Shown one piece after another: positions 45,753-57,499 of a DNA stretch of 64,000 bases. Source of the DNA: Cycas panzhihuaensis. Lineage: Eukaryota > Plantae > Cycadophyta. The translations under genes and the position numbers were made by a program. The notes beneath the pieces were generated by a model. That model made no database searches. It was not told the DNA's origin and saw nothing but the letters and a program-made list of their open reading frames with translations. The stretch is taken from NCBI GenBank assembly GCA_023213395.1, contig CM041465.1:71679741-71743740 (forward strand). The letters are read 5' to 3'. Every line of letters starts with the position of its first letter. Position 1 is the first letter of the stretch.

Positions 45753-48700
45753 TTGATAATTTCCAATATGACGTTAATTCCAAGGACAACCACCTGCGTT
45801 CTAATTTCAGTGTTAATTGGCTCAAACTATGCTGACTGGAGGAATTACATATTCCATCAGCTTAAACAGCAAAAGAGATGGAGATATGTGACAGGTGAAT
45901 TTAAAAAACCAAAAGATGAAACTACAAAGAGTTATATAGTATATCTAATGAACTCAGATTCAACCTTAAGCACCATATTAAGCCCACTCTTACTAGAAAT
46001 CAGTCGACAATTTTCTGAAACAGACAACCTAGCCACTGTCTGGACAACTCTGCAAGAAAAATATGATAAGGTTGATACAAATCAACTGGTTGTCTTAGAA
46101 CAACAACTGTATGACCTTACTTATGATGATTTTACCAATGTTGAGGATTTTTTATATAAAATTCAATTAATTAATAAAGACCTAGGTAACTGTATTAAAT
46201 CCAAAATCAAATAAGGTGATATTGAAAAAATAATCACGCATGCTAAAGACGACGATACATTCGTCCGTCTTGCAATAAACAAATTGCCAAAATATTTTAA
46301 TTTTTTCAAAGCTGCCAGACAACAAGCTGGCAATCCTCCGATCACATTCAATCAGTTAACAAACTAACTAGTTAAACATCAAACAATGTTGATTTAAACA
46401 GGCATATTAAAAGATCCTTCCCAGGCATTATTTTCCAAAACTAAGCCACAAAATAAAAACAAACAACAGAACAATTCTAATCCAAAATTTTAGAAACCTC
46501 ATAAAGGTTCTCAATTTAATTCTCAAAATAATACTAAATATTCTGGTCCATCTAAATATCTGAATACTCCTAATCAGTCATTTCTTAATCGGAACAATGT
46601 AAATCCTTCTCAGAACACTAGTTGTGCCTATTGTCATAAAAGATGTCACACTATTGATGTCTGTAGAAGTTGAATAGCTTCGGAAGCATGGAAAGCTTCC
46701 AAGGGATTGCAAAATCGACCTCAATTCCGGCGTCAAAACTGACAAACTTTTAATCGTTATCTAACAGGAACAACTTCTGTATTTGTTGTCCCAACTAATC
46801 AACCACCACAATGGATCCTTGACTCTGGTGCATCCCATCACATGACTGGACACCAGAAAAATTTATCCACTTATCAATCTAAAACTAACTATTTAAAAGA
46901 GATTTCTTTTGGAAGTGGAACTCAACTTAAAATAAAAGGATAAGGTGATGTAACCTTAAAAGACGGTTCGATAACAGACGTCTTCTACATACCAGGTTTG
47001 TTACCAAACCTACTTTCTGTTTATCAAATCTTGTAGAAAGACCTTGTAGTCGAATTTTATAAACATAAATTTATCATTAAAGAGCCATTAAACAAATTTA
47101 AATGTATTGTCTCAGGATATGTTGATCATAACACAGGTCTCTATAGTTTAACAAGTCTACAAAATAACAAAACAAACCCCTTCAATGCCTTTATCGCCAA
47201 CCGACTCAAGAAGCATGCACGATTTGGCCATACAAGTTATGGAAAACTTCAATATCTAAAAAAGCATGAAATGGTATATAGTCTTCCACCCTTAAACACT
47301 GTTTATGGTGTTTGCATGTTCTGACAAATGCAAGTTAAATGATGGACCCATTCCCATATAAAACACAATTCAGAGCGACTGTTCCACTTGAACTTGTTCA
47401 CTCTGACATATGTGGACCTTTTCATATAACATCATACTCTGGCTTTCGTTATTTTGTTATATTTATTGATGATTATTCAAGAAAATGCTGGATTTACATG
47501 TTCAAAACACGTAGTCAAGTATTTGACATTTTCGTTGAATTCAAAACACTTGTTGAAAACTAATCAAACTAAAAAATCAAAATTTTTAGATATGATAATG
47601 CCAAGGAATACTTAAGTGGCAAATTCACTTCTTTCTGTGAAAAATAGGAAATTCAATTCCAGCATTCTGTTGCATATACTCCTCAACAAAACAGTGTTGC
47701 TGAACGCAAGAACCGTACTCTTCTTGAGATGACCCATTGCATGTTACATGCCACGAATCTTGACCTAAAGTTGTGGGCATAAGCAATTAACTACTCCAAT
47801 TATCTTCTAAATCGTTTACCTAGCAAATGTTTACAAAACGTCACTCCAAAACAAAAATGGTCTGGAAGAAAATCTTTAGTCAATCATTTATGAATCTTTG
47901 GAAGTATTGCGTGGGGACACATTCTTAAAGAAAAACGCAAGAAACTAAATCCTAAGAGTAAAAAATACATCTTCGTTGGATACAACGAAGAAAGTAAAGC
48001 TTATAGACTCTTTGATCCAGTGACGTATCAAATTTCAATTTTGCGTGACGTAATATTTGATGAAGAATGATCTTCTTCAACATCTACTTATGTAGAACTT
48101 CCAGTTGAAAATTTGTTAACCAACATATATTTGGTTGACCCCTCTGACAAACAAGCTGATCCAGAAATTATAGAATCTTTATCTACTCAAGTCCAGAATT
48201 GGACTCTATCCGAATCTACTGAAATAGATTCTTCCTCTCAAGCAAATTCTACAAATCAACCTGTAACTTCATAAACAATTACTAACAATCAACCTGTTTG
48301 GGCAAAGAAAACACTTGTTGACGTTGGATCCAATATTGGTAATCGTTCAGATACCAGACAAACTCGTGCCCAAAAATTACATGCTAACTTTGCCTTAATA
48401 GCCAAAATAATGGATAATAATAATCCCAAAACTTTTAAACAAACTAGCAATAATCTTGTATGGAAGGAAGCTATGCAAATTGAATTCGATGCTTTAATCA
48501 AGAATTCAACTTGGGATCTCGTACCACTACCACCTAGAAAAAATGTAGTCGACTGTAAATGAGTTTATAGAACAAAATACAACTCAGCATGTGTAGTTGA
48601 AAAATATAAAGCTCGCCTAGTTGCAAAAGGATTTTCTCAAATTAATAGCATTGACTACAATGAAACCTTTACCTCTATTACAAAGATAAATATAATTAAA

Positions 48701-49710
48701 ATAGTTATTGCTCTAGCAACCAAGTTTGGTTGGGAAATCCATTAAATAGATATAAAGAACGCATTTCTGAATGGTGATCTCAAAGAAGAGATCTACATGT
48801 CCCAACCACCTGGCTTTATTGATAATCCTAATTTAGTTTGTAAATTAAAGAAATCTATTTATGGATTAAAATAAAATTCATCGAAACTGGTATCTAAAGT
48901 TAATGATTATTTAATTCAAATTGAATACACTAGATGTATTAGTGATCCAAATCTATATTTCAAATATGAAAACGAAAATATTACTATTTTAATCTTGTAT
49001 GTTGATGATATCATAATTACTGAATCATCAACTAATAACATTCATCATTTAAAATCTACTTTAATGAATAAATTCGAAATGACTGATTTTTGTATCCTAC
49101 ATTATTTTCTTAGATTACAAATCTATCAATATGATTCAAGAATCACAATATCATAACTTAAATATATTTTAGACTTAATTCAACGGTTTAACATAGAAAA
49201 TACTAAATTGCCTAATCCGATTCTGATCGGAGTTAAATTATCTACTGATTGTTCTTTACCTTTATGTGACCTTACATTATATAGACAACTAATTGGTAGT
49301 CTTATTTATTTAACTCATACACATTCTGATATTTTCTATGTTGTCGCTTTATATTCACGTTATATGCAACAGCCACATGAATCTCATTGGAAAGCTGTTA
49401 AACGTATATTATGATATCTTAAGTATACTGTTTTTTATGGTCTAACTTATAATTTTTATAGTAAACCTCTAACTTTAACTGGATATACTGATTCAGATTG
49501 GGCAGGTGATATAAATGATCGAAAATCTATATCAGGTTATGTATTTTTTATAAATTCCTCACCTATTCTTTGATGCAGTAAAAAAATCTGACTAAACTTT
49601 ATCAACGGAACCGAATATCGACAAGACTTGTTGTTTCAAAAAGCACTTTGGATCAAATTTCTACTAAATGAAATTGGTCTGTCTCTAAACTCTTCCATTG
49701 AACTCTTCCA
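45753..49710 (+). pseudogene. Decayed gag-pol of J with RNase H truncated at the 3' end
   Basis: Knuckle CAYCHKRCHTIDVC ~46623, protease WILDSGASHHMTG ~46812, integrase LELVHSDICGP..FIDDYSRKCW, RT LYVDDII ~48995, RNase H start GYTDSDWAGD ~49480. Many stops. Confidence 0.92.
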
Positions 49711-50532
49711 TTAAAGATAAAAGAAGTCTCCATCAAAGGGGGATCAACGTGATGAAATCTTTCTTTTCCTATAGCATAAAAGTTAATATTAAAGGGGGAT
49801 GTTAAAAGTACTAATGCCACTTTTATGTTATTCTTAAGATATTATTTAAGTCACATGTATAATTTCTTATTTAAGTGATTCTAAAGTTAAATTTTTAGAG
49901 TTTTATTAAATTATTATGTAGAAGGTCATTGAAATGCGTAACTTCCCATTTCAACGAACCTTTCTTGGTATTAATACTTCTCCTAGATTCAAGGAGATGG
50001 TTTCGGAAATCTAGGAGGTTGTCCAGAAGCCGGTTTCAAGGCTGGTTTTATCTTTCATAGGTAGTTTTAATTATGGTTTATGTATAACTTTTCTTCTTAA
50101 TAAAATTCTAGATTTAGGAGGTGGTTTTTCTTCCAGGAAGGGTTTTCCACTGTCAACCCCGTATTACATGTCTGATGTCTCTTTCTCTTGTATCTTTTAT
50201 GTTCCTGTGATGTTATGACTTTGTACATGTGTCTATTTTATCAGCGGTTAAGCCCCCTGGTTCTGTGTAGTATCAATGTGACCTGTCTCTAGTCTTCTAA
50301 AGGGGCTTATCTCCTAACGTCACATGTTTGTTCTTCAAAAGAAAGTGTTTACACGTTTTCTTTCATATCTTTGCATCTAGGTATCTGTTTTCCAAACCAT
50401 CTGAGACGTTGGAACCGTATTTCAAAGACAATCATTTTGGCACATGATTTGAAAGTATTTGTTGATGATTCTAGTTTAAAATCGATACAGGAATCTTGAG
50501 TAATGTATTTGTAATCAACTCAATCTCACATC

Positions 50533-51751
50533 ATGGAGTTGGAGGATATTATTGTTTTTGTACAAAAAAATAATAAATTTTGGCTAACAGATTGTCCCTA
50601 GGCCTTATCCAACTATATTGGAATAAATTTTTAAATTTGGGCAATTAAAATGGAATAAATATTTATAGCTAAAAGGCTATGAAAAGTTATTCGTAATGGT
50701 ACTACATTGATTAATGAAGAAGGGGAGGAAAATTTTAAGAAAAAGAACCGATTAAGAATCGATATCATGCTTGCAACATTTGACAAAGAAAACCTTCCCT
50801 CTTCATATCAATTTCTTGTTCATGCAATTCATAATGCTAACACTACTAACGAGATATGGAATATGTTGAAGGATGCATATGAAAAGAGCCCTCAAGAGGT
50901 GCAAGAGGGTCTTGAAGGGACAAACAAAACTATTGACAGTTGTAACAGGAAAATAAGATGATTTAAATGAAAATGTATGTGAAGAAAGTAATAAATGTGA
51001 AGAAACCACCATTGAATGTGTTGTTGAATCTATGCATGTTGAGATTGAAGATTTGATTGCTAACAATGGAGATCAAGCAATAAAAATTCCTCTAGATGAA
51101 TCTATTGCTTTAGGGGAGGATGAAGTCAAATCTGTTTGTTCTTTTGAAGATTTTGTTGAATTAATTTCTGATTCAATTATTGGTTCTAATCCCAATTGCT
51201 CGCAAGTTGATGAAGACTTTCCACCAAAAGTTGAAGGAATTGTTGTTGGAAGTACTAATAGAAAAGGAAAACATATATAGGTTATTGATAATCATATTTC
51301 AAGGGATGTTGATTCTTCTTTCGTTGATTTATCTTCAAATTTTGACATTGGTTCAATAGATCCTAATTATACTCATGTTGAAGAGAATGAAGACAAACAG
51401 TTGATGATTGAACCGATCACTGAATACATGCTTGATACATACCACAAGTTTCAAGTTGTTTTTAATGAGTACATCCAAGATCACCTAACAGTTCTACACC
51501 AAACTCAAGTTAGTTCAACCATGGTCTAATATACCCTCTGCATGACGAATGATTGATTCTTGCATATGAAAATGAAGAAAGTTAGGCTCAAGGACCATCA
51601 ATCTAGAAAATTGCTTCAAGGACGACATTACAAGAATCAAGATGAAGATCAAAGTGAAGATATTGTCTTCAAGACCATTCCAAGATCAAAGCATTGTAAA
51701 TTCAAAACAATGCCTCGTGGAGTCATATGTCAGTTGGTCCATAGTACCTAG
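50533..51751 (+). pseudogene. gag-like ORF remnant of element C, homologous to that of E
   Basis: MELEDIIVFVQ.., IMLATFDKENLPSSYQFLVHAIHNANTTNEIWNMLKDAYE, an acidic tail, then DQSEDIVFKTIPRSKHCKFK. Aligns by eye with E 20814-21929. Confidence 0.8.
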
Positions 51752-52829
51752 TATCATGATGTCCTTAGAATTCAGTTTTTGTCATCTTGACATTAAACAT
51801 TAAGGGAAGGTGTTAGAAGTTAATGTTTAATGTGTAAGTGTCTAAAGTATTTAAGTGAATGTCATATCTAGGAGTCAATATTATAATGTTATTATAATGC
51901 ACACTTGTGCAACTAAGTGGTCATTAGGTTATTGGTCAATGAGTAGGAAATATATCATTGGTTGTGTTAGAGGTCATTTATCTCATATGTAAGACATGTC
52001 CTCTTACACTCTCTCACTTATGATCTATTAATAAGTGGTTGAGGTAGTGTAGTGAATATTGCGTGAAGATGGGAGTCCATTATGATATTATTGTTGTGGA
52101 GTCATTGTGATGTAATCACTTTCATTATGAGTCAATGTTATCATACTATGTTCGTGATATTTCCTTGATTGTTCTTGAATATTGAATGATCTCTTTGAAT
52201 ATTTCAATAGAGGGTTCATGACAAAAGGGATCAAACAATTGTGTTTAGTCCCATGAGTCTCCCATTCATCTTGATACAAGGGAGGAGACTGACGAAGGGT
52301 TAACTATGACTGTTGCCTCTCCACCTATGGTAGAAAGGGGTAAGCTTTCTAGTTGGTAGGACAAACCTAAGCCATGGGACAGTAACCTGATAATAGATTT
52401 TGGGGACAAGGATAACCCTTTGTAACCACTTCTTTAGCATATTGCAAAACTTTCTTCGCAATTGATCATGCACAATGCATAAAGTTGCATTGAGTCGTAA
52501 ACTAAAATAATTTGTCCAGTTACAAAGAGATTAAAACTAAGTATTTTCCCATCTATGCTTTAGTGCTTCCTTTAATGAGCATGGCACAATCAAGATATCT
52601 TGACTTTTCTAAGGTCTACAAATCTTATGAAATGTAGATAACTTTACGATAAATAAACACAATGATAAATCATTTAGATGGATTACAAAGAACTAGCTCA
52701 AACACGGTAAGGAATGTGTACAATTTTCACTCTCAAAAATTACATTTCTCACCACAAAGTCAACATATAAGAGAAAAGATGTGATAATGAGAGAGACTAA
52801 TTCTTGGTGTGAAAGGCTCAAAAGCTATG

Positions 52830-52945
52830 TCAATTTCTGACATGCTTATCCAAGAAAGCCTTTGCTAGATTACTGAACCTAATATTGACTAATCCTGCAT
52901 CTTCATACTTCCTCATAACTTCAAGCACTTGTGGTGTCAAAATCT
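52830..52945 (-). CDS. ARMC7: Armadillo repeat-containing protein 7, last coding exon
   Basis: AG acceptor; (E)ILTPQVLEVMRKYEDAGLVNIRFSNLAKAFLDKHVRN*. FSNLAKAFLDKHV matches the plant ARMC7 C-terminus. Confidence 0.92.
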
Positions 52946-53063
52946 CTGCAATGTCAAAGAAAAAAATAAAAGATTCAGAAATCCATTACATGCTAAAAAT
53001 GATTTAATAAATGTTTCCAAATATGTGAATCCTATTAAAAATTTAATGTTCTAATAACCATAC

Positions 53064-53118
53064 CTGCCTTAGTTGATGGGATGCAAAGGTAGTAGAGAGA
53101 TGCAATTGCAGAGAGAAC
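53064..53118 (-). CDS. ARMC7: ARMC7 internal exon
   Basis: AG...GT boundaries, 55 nt, VLSAIASLYYLCIPSTKA; phase consistent with neighbours. Confidence 0.92.
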
Positions 53119-54401
53119 CTATTAACAAAAGCCAAAAAAATATTGAAATCCAGAGTGTCAATGAAATTGGAAAGAACAACTCTTATTGGTGAATTTGGTA
53201 ACCTTTTCACACAGTCATTTGAAAACGATGTCTTAATCTAAGCATAGGGTAGGTACTGATATCAAAACTAATCACATTCCATCCTCTAATAGACTTGATG
53301 TTGTATTGTCAATTGGGCCTTTTCGGCTAATAAATGACTTGGTCATCCACAAATCATTGATCTACTCCAAAATGAAGCAATTTCCATTGGAAAGCTATTT
53401 CCACATTTGGTTCATTCACAAAGCCATGTCTCTCATAGAACCAAGTAACTTCCCCTACACAAAGTGTTTCTTAATTCAGCAGATCCGACTGACATACAAA
53501 TTGTCCAATGCTAGGCCACTTGCTTTTCAGTTCATCATCATCATTTAGTCTTATGTGACCATTCCATGCCTCTTTATATGCATTTTCAAGGCATACTGAA
53601 TATCAAACACATAAGCTAGTGCAACTCAAAAAGGTTGACAACTATAATCATTGCCTACCAATGGTCCAAGATAATCATGGATTTTATCTAATATGCTAAA
53701 ATTAGGTGTTGTTTACTTTGAACAAAGAGAAATAAATCACAATTGTAAGCTTTAGTTCCCATCTCCCTTAAGCCAGAGCATGAGCAATCAAGATGATGCT
53801 CCATTTAAATTCATTTGATACAATAAGAATTTTGCAAAACAATTGAGAGGCTTGAGCTATTCTTTAGAAGCCCCAGTAGTCATGATCTCTTGATATGCTC
53901 TATTTGAGCTACATAAAACACTCTTTAACTTATTTTGACAAGGAGAAAGTAGAATAATTTCTCAAGGAAACCCTTGCTACTGTTCTTTTGGTGAATGTCT
54001 GAGTTTTTATTTTAATATAAAGTCAGGTTGAAAAATGCCTCCTAAGACTCTTTGTCTAAAACATGCATTGACAAAATGATTGCTAGAATAATGAAAATTT
54101 TCAAATTAATAAAAAATAAATTTACTGTTTATTAATTAATAAATACACAAATAGCTCCAACAAATTCTCTCTGATAGTTGCCACCAAGAAAGAGTGTTCC
54201 TTTCCTCCTCATCCTAGTGAAGGAATACAATTTAAGATATGGCGAATGCTTAATGAATAGAAAAAAGGCCGTCATTGCTTACCGTATTCTGCACTGGACT
54301 AAGCAAGGTAGGTATGTTAGAAGTTCCTTTTCTTCCTGTATCTTAATAAGGGAATACAACTAGAATGCACAGTGAAGAGAAAAATGGTTCTAAATACTTA
54401 C

Positions 54402-54484
54402 CGTATTCTGCACTGGACTAGACAAGCAAGATATCATAAGAGGGATACCACCATTTTCAACAATGATTGCAGCATTTGCTGGGT
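54402..54484 (-). CDS. ARMC7: ARMC7 internal exon
   Basis: AG...GTAAGT, 83 nt, (D)PANAAIIVENGGIPLMISCLSSPVQNT. Confidence 0.93.
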
Positions 54485-54837
54485 CTGCAATTACAAAATA
54501 ATGCAGTAGTAAGTTTAGTTGAAAGTCCTCATCTCACTGAAACCACTATATTCTTGTTCTCAGCCATGCATTATATTCTATGACAATATTCTTTCACTGA
54601 AATAATTCTCAGTTCAAATTTAGTTTAGTAATTGCTCTAGTATCTGGCTCTCATTTCAGAATGCATTACTTTTTCTCTCTTGCTCCTGCATATAAGCAGA
54701 GTTCCAGAAGAATATCTACTCAGTGCATTCTTCCCAATTCTGAGATGACAACTTGGATAACCACTATTTATAAATAACAAAGCATAATCAAATATACATC
54801 CAAACATAATGGAAGGTGAATATGAAATTGAAGTTAC

Positions 54838-54931
54838 CAGGACAACAATTACATATACCACCAGCTCCAAATTCCACTAGCTTTTCATTTGACTCTGTTA
54901 TGCAGTCCAGGAATAGGTCCAAAACATTCAG
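54838..54931 (-). CDS. ARMC7: ARMC7 internal exon
   Basis: AG...GTAAC, 94 nt, [31 protein letters not shown]. Confidence 0.95.
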
Positions 54932-55026
54932 CTGTATGAATACCCAAACTGCAAGCTTAGAGAACTGCAAAAATAGTAAATTCACGTAACATAAAAATTG
55001 GAGATTTCTTAAATCTAACCCATTAC

Positions 55027-55100
55027 CTTGCGGAGAAAATCATAATTGTAAGGATCATATGCAAAATTTGCCAAATGTGCAACAATCTGCTCCTTTGATT
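55027..55100 (-). CDS. ARMC7: ARMC7 internal exon; upstream exons not found in the window
   Basis: AG...GTAATG, 74 nt, (E)[24 protein letters not shown], containing the ARMC7 signature [10 protein letters not shown]. Confidence 0.95.
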
Positions 55101-56342
55101 CTGCAACACAAATAACCTCCAGATTCTACAGTTTATGCTAACTGAAGTTCATAACCTATGTGCACAATGTACATATATCTCTTCCCTTATGCACAACACT
55201 TACTATGGAACTCTGCCACCCAGCAAAAACCATTTGGTGAGGCAGCTAAAGTGTTCAAACAAGATAGCAAATGCCATGAATCACCATAACGCCTCAAGTA
55301 GTACGAAATTTATTTAATCAATAGAAAAACCTTGTACAAACAGAAATATGTTTTCTCCTTCCCTGCTCTCTTACACTCTACACACACATTTCTCCTCTCT
55401 CACACAGACTTCTTATTTTGTTTCATTTAATAAGACATACCAACCAAACAACCCAATGTAAACATCCTTATTGTCCCATAGAATTGAAAACATAGGCAAA
55501 TGGAATGGAACTGATATTAAAAGAATTACATCAACAACAAAATTGACAAATGCAATACTGGAGGATAAAATGGAGAGTTGTTTGAAGACCTAATCCAAAA
55601 CAATCACATCTTACAATGAGGCAACAATGAACTTCTATATTGCCTAATGTTACTCTTGTATGCATGGAAACTAGCATATGGAGACTTGGAAATGGTCAGG
55701 TACGGCTCCAGGAATGGCTTCAAGAGCAGAATGGTGAAAATGAGAGTGCAAAATAGTGAAAATCTTACCTGGAAACAGTTGAAGCGGCTACAAGAATAAT
55801 TGGAATGGTCACAGTTCAGCAATTTAGCTTTCAGATAATGGCCAATAGACTATTGTGGAATTGGAACGGTCTCAAGGGAATGAGAAAGACTAGAAGGGAA
55901 TAAGAACAGCTAAGAAGAAATGGTTCTCTGACATTTCAACAACTACAATGGTGAATGTACATATGGCTATACAAACATATGGAAATTGTGTCATTATTAA
56001 GTTGTAATTATGATTTGTTATGAAAGGTTAAAGTTATATGCAATGTCTGTACCTTTTGGATCAAAGGTTGTGAAAAGGGTATAAATAGAACACTCTCACC
56101 CCAGTTTCAGTGCAAGAGTTGAACTATGTGATCATATAGTGTGAGAAACAATCTACCCAAGCATACCCAATGGTAAAGCAGTGCACTTGGTCATTGTTTA
56201 ATGAATATATAAGTTATGTGGAAATTTGTGGACATGGAAACTATAAAAAGTCCATATGAAAACGAACCTAACTGCCATAGAGAGCTTCATCCTAATCTAG
56301 ATTCAAAAGGGGCAGAGACCAACTCCTACTTCAATAATTGGT

Positions 56343-57495
56343 TGTAAGGGGCTTATGAGATGACCCGCCCATCTTTCTAATGCTCTTTATTATCTATAAA
56401 TTATGATATTGACATTAACAATGGAAATAATAGAAATATTAATGAGTGCATAAGTATTAATACTAGTAATGATAGCCATATCGATAGTGATGTATGCCCC
56501 AACATAGGTAGCATAATTGGTGGCATAGATAGTGAGTCAATGCAACAAAACTTCATAGAATTTAAGGATTTAATAGGTGAAGTTGGAAAGGAAGTACCCC
56601 TCCCCAATCGTAGAGAAGATAATCTAGATAGAGTGGACTCTAGATAATCTAGATAGAGAAGATAATCTAGAGGTATGAACTGTATAGAGGTACGCATAAA
56701 GAAAGAAATTAGAATTAGTGCAGACTGGGTATGCAATACAGGATGCATACCTTTTCGGGTATGCAACACAGGGTGTGTACCTTTTTGGATATGCTAGCAG
56801 ATGGAATGGTATGCATGACAGAAAAAAACCTAAAGGGCGCCCAAATCTAATAATGTTAGCCAAATCAGAAGCATGTACAGATGTACAGATAGAAAGGAAG
56901 TCATTAAAGATGATTAATCGCATGATTTAGTGAAATGGTACATTGGTGACAAAACAGTATGGTTATGACTTGGGGTCATACCATTCATTTAAAGGACACC
57001 AAAATGCGTATTTAATGGTACTTTTCTCACCATCTCAATGGTGAGAGTTGAGTTATTCATTCCATGGCATATTCTCAAGTGTGAGAGATGTGTATTTATT
57101 ACATAAAGCATTCCTAAAACGGGAGTATCAAGGAGAACGGTACAGTGATATGATCTAGCAGATACATTCCTTGATGCATTCCCTTTTGGAACACATGTGA
57201 CAGTATAGTGTGTATACAGCTAGAACGTATGCAAGATACGTTCCAAAACTAGATGTATTGGTTTATTGCTTAATAAAGTGAAAGTTACATGGAAAATTGT
57301 GTATTATGTGTGTTATAATGATTGCATGAAGAATATATGATGATTGGTATATTGTTGTGCTAAAATAATGATGGATATGTGATGATTTATTCCTTCCATA
57401 TTATGTGTAAAGTGATTTTAATGGTAATTAATGTAAACATAAGCATGTTGACTATATCCTAACCAACCAGACTACCAACCAGTGATCCCTTGACA
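56343..57495. repeat. Probable LTR (5' LTR of the Gypsy or a separate solo LTR) with internal short tandem repeats
   Basis: Termini TGTAAGGG...CCCTTGACA form an imperfect inverted repeat. Internal repeats AGATAATCTAGA x3 (~56617-56671) and ~30-bp GGGTATGCAA..TACCTTTT units (~56727-56800). No partner LTR or TSD in the window. Confidence 0.4.
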
Positions 57496-57499
57496 AGTG

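Larger units (their letters stand above)
43120..50243 (+). mobile_element. Element J: Ty1/Copia carrying a captured host mRNA fragment at its PBS
   Basis: LTRs 43120-43565 and 49800-50243. PBS TGGTATCAGAGCCA at 43566. PPT AAAGGGGGA at 49791. Perfect TSD GCGGT. Confidence 0.96.

Noticed and set aside
52215-52450. Possible SINE/MITE remnant around the insertion site of C (with ~10500-10593)
   Set aside because: Slightly GC-richer, but I could not find A/B boxes, terminal inverted repeats or TSDs.
55764-55790. Possible upstream ARMC7 micro-exon (minus-strand TAG...CAG|GTAAGA)
   Set aside because: Good donor, but the translation does not match the expected ELVxQFQ exon; would need RNA-seq support.
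55950-56342. Additional LTR fragment with a TATAAATAG box
   Set aside because: LTR-like, but no partner copy, TSD or clear PBS in the window.
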